A stretch of DNA of 40,125 bases from an uncultured archaeon (GTDB lineage Archaea > Thermoproteota > Nitrososphaeria > Nitrososphaerales > Gagatemarchaeaceae): NCBI GenBank assembly GCA_963817525.1, contig CAWFOU010000012.1:1-40125 (forward strand), in the 5' to 3' direction. Both the position numbers and the translations under genes were made by a program. Positions 23,132 to 30,866 of the stretch are shown one piece after another. Position 1 is the first letter of the stretch. Every line of letters begins with the position of its first letter. Under the pieces are notes generated by a model, which had not been told where the DNA came from, ran no database searches, and saw nothing but the letters and a program-made list of their open reading frames with translations.

Positions 23132-23467
23132 CTACTGTTCTGCTGATTCTTCTGTGGACTCTTCCCCAGAACTCATGGAGTCTGAAGATGGAGCTGCCGC
23201 CGAACCGTCCACGAGCTGTCCGCTCGCGTACCTGTTCGACACTTGGGTGACCTTGATCCTCACCGTCTGGCCCTGCTTTGCACCGGCTACGAAGATGACG
23301 AAACCGTCAATCTTCGCGATACCGTCGCCGCGCCTGCTGACGTCGGAGATAGTAACATCGTACTCCTTTCCGACCTCAACTGGCTTGGGCTTGAAGGATC
23401 TAAAGCCGCCTCCGCTGCTGCTGCCGAATCCACCGCGGTTATACCCGCCACGTTGTCCGAAACTCAT
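23132..23467 (-). CDS. Single-TRAM-domain RNA chaperone (archaeal cold-shock-like)
   Basis: RGG/Gly-rich N-tail, KPVEVGKEYDVTISDVSRRGDGIAKIDGFVIFVAGAKQGQTVRIKV, acidic C-tail. Confidence 0.92.
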   Translation of the reverse strand: MSFGQRGGYNRGGFGSSSGGGFRSFKPKPVEVGKEYDVTISDVSRRGDGIAKIDGFVIFVAGAKQGQTVRIKVTQVSNRYASGQLVDGSAAAPSSDSMSSGEESTEESAEQ

Positions 23468-23745
23468 CCTTTTTCACTTCCTACCTAAGTTCCCGTCGGT
23501 GATCGGCATTCTTCGCGAGCGCTAATTAAAGCTTACCCATAATCATCTCATCACTTTCCTCACCTCTAGGGTACCAGGAAGAGACGACCCGCAACGCTCC
23601 CTATGTTGGAGATGTTTCTTTTTTGGACGACGGTCCAAATACTCTGGAACCTCCGGTGTTCCGTCGAGAAGGCCCGGATTCTCCCTTTGCGGAGATAGAA
23701 AGGTTGATTAGCTCCGCCCTCCGGTTTTGAGTCGAGTTTTGTGCC

Positions 23746-24270
23746 TTGGCAAGAGTAAGAGATATCATGACCACCGACGTCCCGCGGATTGACGGCTCGG
23801 CGAGCGTCTTGGATGCGGTGAAGCTGATGAACAAGAATAGGAGGAGCGGCGTGGTGGTCTTCGAGGATGGGAAGCCCACCGGGATGTTCACAGAGCGCTC
23901 CTTGCTGAGGAGGTTTGTGGCCGTGGACGAGAAGCCGTCCAATGTCCCTGTCAGGGACGTAATGGCCCCTCTCCTGAAGATAAGCGCTGACGCGCCCGTC
24001 AAGGATGCGGCGCACCTCATACTCGAAAACAGCTTCACCCGTGCCGGCGTCTTCGACGGCGACAAGCTCGTGGGTTGGCTCACGCTCACAGACATAGTGC
24101 GCGCCGGGTCCAAGAAGAACATAGTCGACTCCCTCACCCGGAACAAGACGACGTTCGCAGACGACGAGCTCGTCTGCCCTGAGTGTAGGTCAGCCCTCAT
24201 GAAGAAGATCGTGAACGCCAAGGGCGTGGTCCTACGCTGGGAGTGTCCCAACTGTGGACACCAAGAGTGA
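23746..24270 (+). CDS. CBS-pair protein with C-terminal zinc ribbon
   Basis: VRDIMTTD...GMFTERSLL...VRDVM...VGWLTLTDIV, then CPEC...WECPNCG. Confidence 0.88.
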   Translation: MARVRDIMTTDVPRIDGSASVLDAVKLMNKNRRSGVVVFEDGKPTGMFTERSLLRRFVAVDEKPSNVPVRDVMAPLLKISADAPVKDAAHLILENSFTRAGVFDGDKLVGWLTLTDIVRAGSKKNIVDSLTRNKTTFADDELVCPECRSALMKKIVNAKGVVLRWECPNCGHQE

Positions 24271-24303
24271 GCGAATAGCCTTCTCGCCTGCGGTGGCAAC
24301 CAG

Positions 24304-25347
24304 CTGAAGACCCTGCTCATCTGCAGGTCGACCCGGTTCGAGTCCAACATAGGCGCGGTACCCTACATCAGGCAGTTCTACGGCGCGCTCGGGAAGTTTG
24401 GGACCTCCGACATCCTCGAGACCGAGCGCTTCGACCCATCGCTCCTCAGGAGGGCTGCGAACAAGTATCTGGGCTCCAACTCGGACGCGGCTCAGTTCCG
24501 AGAGCTGAGGAAGCTCTCGTCCGACCTCGACCTAATCCTCATACTCCACGACTACGACTGGCTCAAGGCCGAGAGGCTCTCCTTCCTGAGGCGGAGGTTC
24601 CCTTCGGCCAAGGTCTGGTTCTACGACTACGAGGTCCCCCTGAACTTTCCCGAGAACGCGACCAACCCGGACTACGGCACAAGCCCGTTCCTCCGGAAGT
24701 CCAACCGCTGGGACATTGTCGACGGGCTGGTGATACCGTCCAAGGGTGCCCTGGTCAGGACGAAGGAACTGACGGGCGTCGCGAACATCGTGACACTCTA
24801 CTTCTCGGTTGACCCGGAGTTCTACAAGCCAGAGGAGGCAACGGGTCCCGTCAAGAGCTACGACCTCTGCTTCATGGGCAAGTCCAGGCACTACAGGGAG
24901 AAGGAGATCGAATACCTGCTGGAGAAGCCCGTCGAGCGCAAGGGCTACGCTTCTCTGGACCTCTCAGAAGGGGCGTTCAACATCACGCAGTTCATCAAGA
25001 ACGCGGGGATGAGCCGAGTGAACCTTAGCATAACGAGGCGGCCTTTCGCTGACTGCTATGCTTCGAGCGTGTCGCGCCCGTTCGAACTCGCAGCGATGGG
25101 CTGCTGCATCGTCTCCAACCCCTGTTTGGGGATGGAAGAGTGGTTCGAGAAGGGCAAGGAGATAGACGTGGCGTCGAGCGCCGAGGAGGCGGTCGCGCTC
25201 TACGACGCGTTGCTCTCTGACCCTGAGAGGAGGATGAGGCTCGGGATTAACGCACGGAACCGCGTCCTCGCCCAGCACGACGTCAGGCTCCGAGTCAAGG
25301 CCATGCTAGCGGAGATGAGCTTCGAGGCCAAGGCGCGAGATGAGTAG
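24304..25347 (+). CDS. GT-B glycosyltransferase (CgeB/Glyco_trans_1_2-like), CTG start
   Basis: The frame of ORF 24730 is open back to CTG 24304 (MKTLLICRST...). Motifs SVDPEFY, DLCFMG, SRVNLSI, RPFELAAMGCCIVS, ARNRVLAQH. Confidence 0.8.
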   Translation: MKTLLICRSTRFESNIGAVPYIRQFYGALGKFGTSDILETERFDPSLLRRAANKYLGSNSDAAQFRELRKLSSDLDLILILHDYDWLKAERLSFLRRRFPSAKVWFYDYEVPLNFPENATNPDYGTSPFLRKSNRWDIVDGLVIPSKGALVRTKELTGVANIVTLYFSVDPEFYKPEEATGPVKSYDLCFMGKSRHYREKEIEYLLEKPVERKGYASLDLSEGAFNITQFIKNAGMSRVNLSITRRPFADCYASSVSRPFELAAMGCCIVSNPCLGMEEWFEKGKEIDVASSAEEAVALYDALLSDPERRMRLGINARNRVLAQHDVRLRVKAMLAEMSFEAKARDE

Positions 25348-25361
25348 GTAACGAAGACTCC

Positions 25362-25397
25362 ATATTTTCAATATAGAACATATGAGAAATATTATGT
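25362..25397 (+). promoter_or_regulatory. Four ATAT motifs at 9-bp period upstream of the polyphosphate operon
   Basis: ATATTTTCA ATATAGAAC ATATGAGAA ATATTATGT; ATAT starts at 25362, 25371, 25380 and 25389. Confidence 0.55.
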
Positions 25398-25438
25398 AAC
25401 GGCAGGAACCACGGCCCGCAAGGGAATGACCACCTCTC

Positions 25439-25933
25439 ATGGAACTCATCATACTTAGACATGGGGAGGCGGGCAAGCGCGCGCCCGTCGGGAGCAACGA
25501 CGCCGAGCGCACCCTGACCGTCGCGGGCAAGGACGAAGTCAAGGAAGTCGCAGAGTCGATCGAAGAGCTCGGGTTGAAGCTGGACATCATCGCGACGAGC
25601 CCCCTGAAGAGGGCGCTCGAGACCGCGCAGATCGCTGCGAAGGTGCTCAAGAGGGAGAAGGCCCTCGAGACCTGGGACGAGCTCAAGCCAGAGCAGGATC
25701 CCAAGGAGCTCTACCGCCGACTCTCCAAGATGAAGCAGGATTCTTCGATCCTGCTCGTGGGCCACGAACCATACCTCAGCTCCATGATTTCGGAGCTGAT
25801 AGGGGCGAAGCGCGGCTCGCGGATTTCGCTCAAGAAGGCCGGTCTAGCCAAGGTCGAGATAGAGTCGCTGATCCCACCGTCGGGGGAGTTGCGCTGGCTG
25901 CTCACCCCTCGCCTGCTGAAGAAGGTGTCCTGA
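25439..25933 (+). CDS. sixA: Phosphohistidine phosphatase SixA
   Basis: LIILRHGEA, R.LT..G, TSPLKRALETA, LLVGHEP, LKKAG, LRWLLTP. Confidence 0.92.
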   Translation: MELIILRHGEAGKRAPVGSNDAERTLTVAGKDEVKEVAESIEELGLKLDIIATSPLKRALETAQIAAKVLKREKALETWDELKPEQDPKELYRRLSKMKQDSSILLVGHEPYLSSMISELIGAKRGSRISLKKAGLAKVEIESLIPPSGELRWLLTPRLLKKVS

Positions 25934-25934
25934 G

Positions 25935-27455
25935 CTGCGCGCCTCGGTCATCGACCTAGGATACAACTCGCTCAAGATGGTCAGCTACGACATCAAGAGC
26001 GACAACTCCTTCCGCGCGTTCGACCAGAGGGGGGAGCTGACCCGCATCGGCGAAGGGCTGCACCTCACCGGGTTCCTCGGGCAGGAGCCGATCGAGAGGA
26101 CGCTCCGCGCCCTGAAGGCCCTCAACGAGGCGAACCGGCTCCAGGGCATCAATCAGGTCCTCGCGATAGCGACGTCGCCGATCAGGGAGGCCGGCAACGG
26201 AGCGGAGTTCTTGCGACGCGTCCAGTCGGAGACGGGCATGGTCTTCCGGGTGCTCACGGGGAGAGAAGAGGCGCTCTTCTCATACATCGGTGCGGCCCGC
26301 TCGACGCTCCTTCCCGACGTCCTCTTCTTCGACCTGGGCGGCGGGTCCCTTGAACTGACCTACGCGCGGAACTTCAGGGTCAAGAAGATAATGTCGCTCC
26401 CCGTCGGCGCGCTCAGACTGACAGAGCTCTACGGCGGTGGGAGAGAGCGGTTCGACAAGGAAGAGTATGACGCGCTTCGGCGCAGGATATTGGAGCTCCT
26501 GCCGTCCCGCCAGGACCTGGGGATAACCAGGGAGACCGTCCTCATGGGGGTAGGCGGGACAGTCCGGGCCCTCGCCAAATACGACCAGCGGCTGAGGGAC
26601 TACCCGCTCAACAAACTCCACAACTACGTGATACGCGCCAAGTCGATCTCCGCGATAAACAAGACGCTCAGGAAGATGAACGCCGACAAGATCGCAAAGA
26701 TCGAGGCGATGGGCAAAGACCGCGCGGAGAGCGTCACCGCGGGTTCGCTCGCAGTATCGCTCCTCATGAGACACCTCGGCTTCAACGAGCTCATCGTCAG
26801 CACGCACGGGCTTAGGGACGGCGTCCTCGCCGAGTTCCTGCGCGACCCCTCGGCCTACGAGAAGCACGCCCTCGACGAGGTACGGACGAGGGACGCCCTC
26901 ACCGACTGGTTCGGCAGGAGGTCGGGGACGGAGGAGTTCACGAAGGAGCTCGCCATCCGCAACATCATAACAAGGGAAGAAGGACTCATACTCGACGAAG
27001 CTATCGAAGGATTCCTCGACATCTACCTCTCGACGAGGGCGGAGAGCATGTTCTACTCGATCCTGAACGAGGACAGCTTCCTCGACCACCGGGACCAGGT
27101 CGAGCTCGCGCTCGCGTTCGTGAGGGCGAAGGCGCCAAAGACATCCAACTGGTTCTACGAGAGGTACAAGTCCTTCCTGAAGGACAAGACCAAGGAGTCG
27201 GTCGACAAGCTGGCCGCCTTCATCCAGTTCGCGGAGATACTCGAGCTGACCCAGTCCAAGGCGACCGTGCGCCTGAAGGGCGACCGTCTCAGGTTCTACA
27301 TCAAGTCCTCGAAGAGGGACTTTCCGATGCTGCTGCTGGAGCAGGCCGCCGAGGAGCTCGAAGAGGCGACATCGCTCAGAGTCAAGATATTCACCGAGAG
27401 GACGAGTTCGCCGCCGCAGGCGTCTCAGGTAATCAAGAAGGAGATAGAACGATGA
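25935..27455 (+). CDS. ppx: Exopolyphosphatase Ppx/GppA family, CTG start
   Basis: In-frame CTG 25935 restores MRASVIDLGYNSLKM. Also ATSPIREAGNG, GREEA, DLGGGSLE, GVGGTVRAL, GLRDG. Confidence 0.93.
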   Translation: MRASVIDLGYNSLKMVSYDIKSDNSFRAFDQRGELTRIGEGLHLTGFLGQEPIERTLRALKALNEANRLQGINQVLAIATSPIREAGNGAEFLRRVQSETGMVFRVLTGREEALFSYIGAARSTLLPDVLFFDLGGGSLELTYARNFRVKKIMSLPVGALRLTELYGGGRERFDKEEYDALRRRILELLPSRQDLGITRETVLMGVGGTVRALAKYDQRLRDYPLNKLHNYVIRAKSISAINKTLRKMNADKIAKIEAMGKDRAESVTAGSLAVSLLMRHLGFNELIVSTHGLRDGVLAEFLRDPSAYEKHALDEVRTRDALTDWFGRRSGTEEFTKELAIRNIITREEGLILDEAIEGFLDIYLSTRAESMFYSILNEDSFLDHRDQVELALAFVRAKAPKTSNWFYERYKSFLKDKTKESVDKLAAFIQFAEILELTQSKATVRLKGDRLRFYIKSSKRDFPMLLLEQAAEELEEATSLRVKIFTERTSSPPQASQVIKKEIER

Positions 27456-28153
27456 GCACGCGTAAAACCGTATCAAATCAAAGGCAGGGAAGGCTGATAG
27501 TCGTCGAGGGGATCGACGGCTCAGGCAAGTCCACACAGATGCACCTGCTGGACAAGTGGCTTCGCCACCTGGGGCTCCTGGTGTTCTTCACCGAGTGGAA
27601 CTCTTCGGAGGTGGTGAAGGAGATCACCTCCAAGGGGAAGAAGAAAGCGCTCCTCACCCCGACCACATTCAGCCTCCTGCACGCGACCGACTTCTGCGAC
27701 AGGTACGAGAGGAACGTCCTGCCGCTCCTGCGTGCGGGATACTTCGTCCTCGCGGACAGGTACGTCTACACCGCCTATGCGAGGGATGCCGTAAGGGGCT
27801 GCAACCCCCGCTGGGTCCGGAAGATCTACAGCTTCTCGGCCAAGCCAGACGCCTGTTTCTATTACCACGTCCCGGTCGACATCGCCGTCAAGAGGATACT
27901 CACGGGCCGCCCCAAGCTGAAGTACTACGAAGCGGGGATGGACCTCAACCTGAGCAACGACGAATACGAGAGCTATCGCATCTTCCAGAGCCGCATCATC
28001 GAGGAGTACAAGTCGATGGCCCCTGCGGAAGGCTTCCGGGTCATGGACGGGACCCTCGACATCGAGCTGCAACAGAGGCTGATGAGGGAGCAGGTTCTGC
28101 CGCTGCTTCCCCCCGAGGTTATCGCCGTGGCGAAGAAGGAGCTGATTGCGTGA
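27452..28153 (+). CDS. Thymidylate-kinase-like P-loop kinase 1, probable polyphosphate kinase (family 3-type) subunit
   Basis: EGIDGSGKST, ADRY, YYEAGMDLNLS; TEWN replaces the usual TMK TREP. ATGA overlap with ppx. Confidence 0.8.
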   Translation: MSTRKTVSNQRQGRLIVVEGIDGSGKSTQMHLLDKWLRHLGLLVFFTEWNSSEVVKEITSKGKKKALLTPTTFSLLHATDFCDRYERNVLPLLRAGYFVLADRYVYTAYARDAVRGCNPRWVRKIYSFSAKPDACFYYHVPVDIAVKRILTGRPKLKYYEAGMDLNLSNDEYESYRIFQSRIIEEYKSMAPAEGFRVMDGTLDIELQQRLMREQVLPLLPPEVIAVAKKELIA

Positions 28154-28887
28154 TGACCTCCAAAGAAGTCACGTCGGGAGAGAGGGACCTCGAGTTCTAC
28201 GGGGACGGGATAGCCTACCTCAAGGACAGGAAGATCAAGGGCCGCCTCGTCGTCATCGAGGGGCCTGACGGGTCCGGACGCTCCACGCAGGTCGACCTCA
28301 TCACCTCCAAGCTGGAGTCCGACGGTCACGCCGTCGCGACGACTGGGCTCAAGCGCTCCGAACTGATAGGCAAGGGCATACTCGAAGCGAAACAGAAGCT
28401 CCCGCTGGGCAAGAAGACCCTGACCCTCTTCTACGCTGCGGATTTCGCCGACCAGCTCGAACACAAGATAATCCCGGCGCTCGAGGCGGGTTACATCGTC
28501 CTCGCCGACAGGTACATCTACACCCTCATCGCCCGAAGCACGGTGAGGGGGATCGGGAGGCGCTGGTCCCACGACCTCTTCGGATTCACGATCAAGCCCG
28601 ACCTTGTCTTCTATCTCGACGTCGAGCCCGAGGAGCTCTTCCACAGGGTCTTCCAGAAGTACGCGACGCTCGACTATTACGAGTCGGGTGCCGACCTTGG
28701 CCTCTCGGACGATCTCTACGACTCATTCGTGATGTATCAGAGGATGATGGCGAAGGAGTTCAAGGTGATGGAGGAGAGATACGGCCTCGTTCCCATAAAC
28801 GCGAACCGTCCCATCGCCGAGGTCAACGCGGACCTCCAGAAGCGGATAGATACCTACCTCGCAAGGATAAAGCGGTCTCCGGCTTAA
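28153..28887 (+). CDS. Thymidylate-kinase-like P-loop kinase 2 (Walker A K>R), probable second polyphosphate kinase subunit
   Basis: True start ATG 28153 (TGATG overlap). EGPDGSGRST, ADRY, KPDLVFYLDV, YYESGADLGLS. Confidence 0.8.
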   Translation: MTSKEVTSGERDLEFYGDGIAYLKDRKIKGRLVVIEGPDGSGRSTQVDLITSKLESDGHAVATTGLKRSELIGKGILEAKQKLPLGKKTLTLFYAADFADQLEHKIIPALEAGYIVLADRYIYTLIARSTVRGIGRRWSHDLFGFTIKPDLVFYLDVEPEELFHRVFQKYATLDYYESGADLGLSDDLYDSFVMYQRMMAKEFKVMEERYGLVPINANRPIAEVNADLQKRIDTYLARIKRSPA

Positions 28888-28914
28888 ATCCCTCCTCGCG
28901 CGACGGGTGTCGGA

Positions 28915-29760
28915 TTGCCAGAAGGCTCGTCAAAGCCGGCTAGCGTCTCGCCCGCTCTCTTCGCGGAGGAGCATCGTCGTACAAACGAGAGGGTGGCGCG
29001 AGCGCTGCGAGATTACCTTGGAAACCCGGATGAAAAGAACACCCGGCTGCTTCGCGCCTCGGTCAGGAGGCTCACCACGATGCTCAGGGTCATCCCAAAG
29101 CGGTCGCGGAAGAAGCAGATGAAGCAGGCCCTTGACAGCGGGAGGAAGCTGCTCAGGGTCACATCGAAGGTGCGGGACGTTGACGTCATCGAGGGCAAGC
29201 TCGCGATGATTCCGCGCGACCACACGGTCGAGCTTCTCCTGAACAACCTGAGCGAGGAGCGCGAGGAGTACGTCGGAGACAGCATGAAGGCGGCGTGGCG
29301 GCTCTTCGAGCAGAGGAAGCAGAAGACAGACCGCAAGGACTTCCGGGGCGCGCAGAGGTGGGTGAGGAGCACGCTCATCGAGCTCGACGGGGAGGTCTCG
29401 AAAGCGCTTCCGACAGTCGTCAAGAACGAGGGGAAGATTGAGGAGCTTCACTCTCTGAGGAAGCAAGCCAAGACCTTCAGGTACGCGCTCGAACTTCTCC
29501 CCACGACGCGCGGTTCGGTGCGGACCATCGAGGTGCTGAGATCGTGGCAGGACGTCCTCGGCGAGATAAGAGACAGCGACACCGTCATCGAGTACCTTGG
29601 CAGGGCCAGACAGTACAGGACCGTGAGGGAGGCACTCGTGGCGGAAAGAGCGCTCAGGCACAAGCGATACCGCTCGTTCGTCAGGTCCTGCTCGAGGGAC
29701 TTGAAGACCGGACCCTCACTGCTCAAGCTCGCCGGGTTCAGGCGCGAAGCCTCCGGCTAA
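28915..29760 (+). CDS. CHAD domain (polyphosphate-binding) protein
   Basis: Basic helical protein with LRASVRRL, VRDVDV, LHSLRKQAKTFRY and QDVLGEIRDSD. Confidence 0.88.
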   Translation: MPEGSSKPASVSPALFAEEHRRTNERVARALRDYLGNPDEKNTRLLRASVRRLTTMLRVIPKRSRKKQMKQALDSGRKLLRVTSKVRDVDVIEGKLAMIPRDHTVELLLNNLSEEREEYVGDSMKAAWRLFEQRKQKTDRKDFRGAQRWVRSTLIELDGEVSKALPTVVKNEGKIEELHSLRKQAKTFRYALELLPTTRGSVRTIEVLRSWQDVLGEIRDSDTVIEYLGRARQYRTVREALVAERALRHKRYRSFVRSCSRDLKTGPSLLKLAGFRREASG

Positions 29761-29793
29761 CCGTTAAATCCATCTCTTCCACGGGGTGGCCCG

Positions 29794-29991
29794 ATGCCCA
29801 AAGAGATCAGGAGCAAGGAAGAGTTCCAGAAGCTCCTGCCGTCCGCGACGGAGATCCGCGTGGTGAAGGGCGAGGGCGAGGCTGCCAAGATAAAGCTCCG
29901 CACCAAGGACCAGCTCTACACGTATGTGACCACCGAGGGAGAGGTAGAGGGCCTCACCAAGGGCACCAAGACCCCCGTCGTAGAGATTTAG
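29794..29991 (+). CDS. rpl38e: 50S ribosomal protein eL38 (L38e)
   Basis: MPKEIRSKEEF...KIKLRTKDQLYTYV matches the eL38 pattern MPxxI...KxKxRxxxxLYT. Confidence 0.8.
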   Translation: MPKEIRSKEEFQKLLPSATEIRVVKGEGEAAKIKLRTKDQLYTYVTTEGEVEGLTKGTKTPVVEI

Positions 29992-30861
29992 AGGAAGATC
30001 AGGGCGAGCAGGGTCAGCAGGCCCAGCGCCATCGGTATCGGCAGGCCGGGCAGCATCCTCGAGCGAGACAGTAGATACAGCGTTATCACGACACCCACGT
30101 CAATCGAGGCCATCGTCGCTAGGGCGAAGGGTACGTTGTACTGGAGAGTGACCGACGCCCCCTGGAGGAGTGCGATCGCGGGCAGCATCGAGTAGAATAT
30201 CGTGTCCCCCGTCCCAAGGGTGTACTCGCCCAGCCTGGACGTTACCGCTGTGAGGGCCTGCGCCGGAGCCATCGATACGAGCTGCTTCAGCGGGCCCCTG
30301 AACACGGCGTAGATGTCATAGACCGAGAAGACCGCTGCTAGCAGGAGGGCCGTCAGTATCGGGATCGTCGACGCGAATATGCTGCCTACCTCAGCGGAGA
30401 GCAGTCCCGTCATAAGGGGACCCAGGACGTAGAGCTTGGGCACCCTCGTGATGAACGCGAACGCGACCGTGACCCCCACCGACAGCAATATTCCAAGAGC
30501 GAGCGCGGCGTTCGCGTCGAGGAAGTACGCAGCGACGGTGCTGGTCGTGAGCAGCGTCATCAGGAAGAGCGCGACGCTGGTGAAGGTGAAGATGAGCCAC
30601 GTGAAGATGTTGGCGCGCTTCCTCTTGATTAGCCAGATTGCGATAAGGGTTGTCGTGAAGGCGCCTGCGACCAGGACGAGCGCGCTCGTCGCGGAACCCG
30701 CAGCAGACGTGCCACCGGGCGCGTACGTGAATCCGGTGGAGGCCGTTATTGGCGCGATGAAATAAGTGAAGGCCAGGGCGGCGACCTGGATCACCAGGAC
30801 GAACCCGATCGTGAGCGCCGCGCTCTTCGCGGGAAGTGTCTAGGGGCGCTTCCTCCGCCAT
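29988..30861 (-). CDS. Presenilin/SPP-like GxGD intramembrane aspartyl protease (frameshift near 5' end)
   Basis: YDIYAVF, LGTGD, PGLP (PAL-like) and about 9 TM helices. Likely ATG at 30861. Confidence 0.88.
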
Positions 30862-30866
30862 GAGCG

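Noticed and set aside
24335-24345. GGTTCGAGTCC, resembling a tRNA T-loop
   Set aside because: No acceptor, D or anticodon arms can be built around it, and it lies in frame inside the glycosyltransferase CDS.
21780-27536. Long antisense ORFs (21780-23036 and 26280-27536, 418 aa each) and similar shadows elsewhere
   Set aside because: Typical stop-poor antisense frames of high-GC3 genes; no recognisable motifs.
27556-28152. 443-aa ORF suggesting a long N-terminal extension on kinase 2
   Set aside because: It is an alternative-frame read-through overlapping kinase 1; the real start is ATG 28153 in a TGATG overlap.
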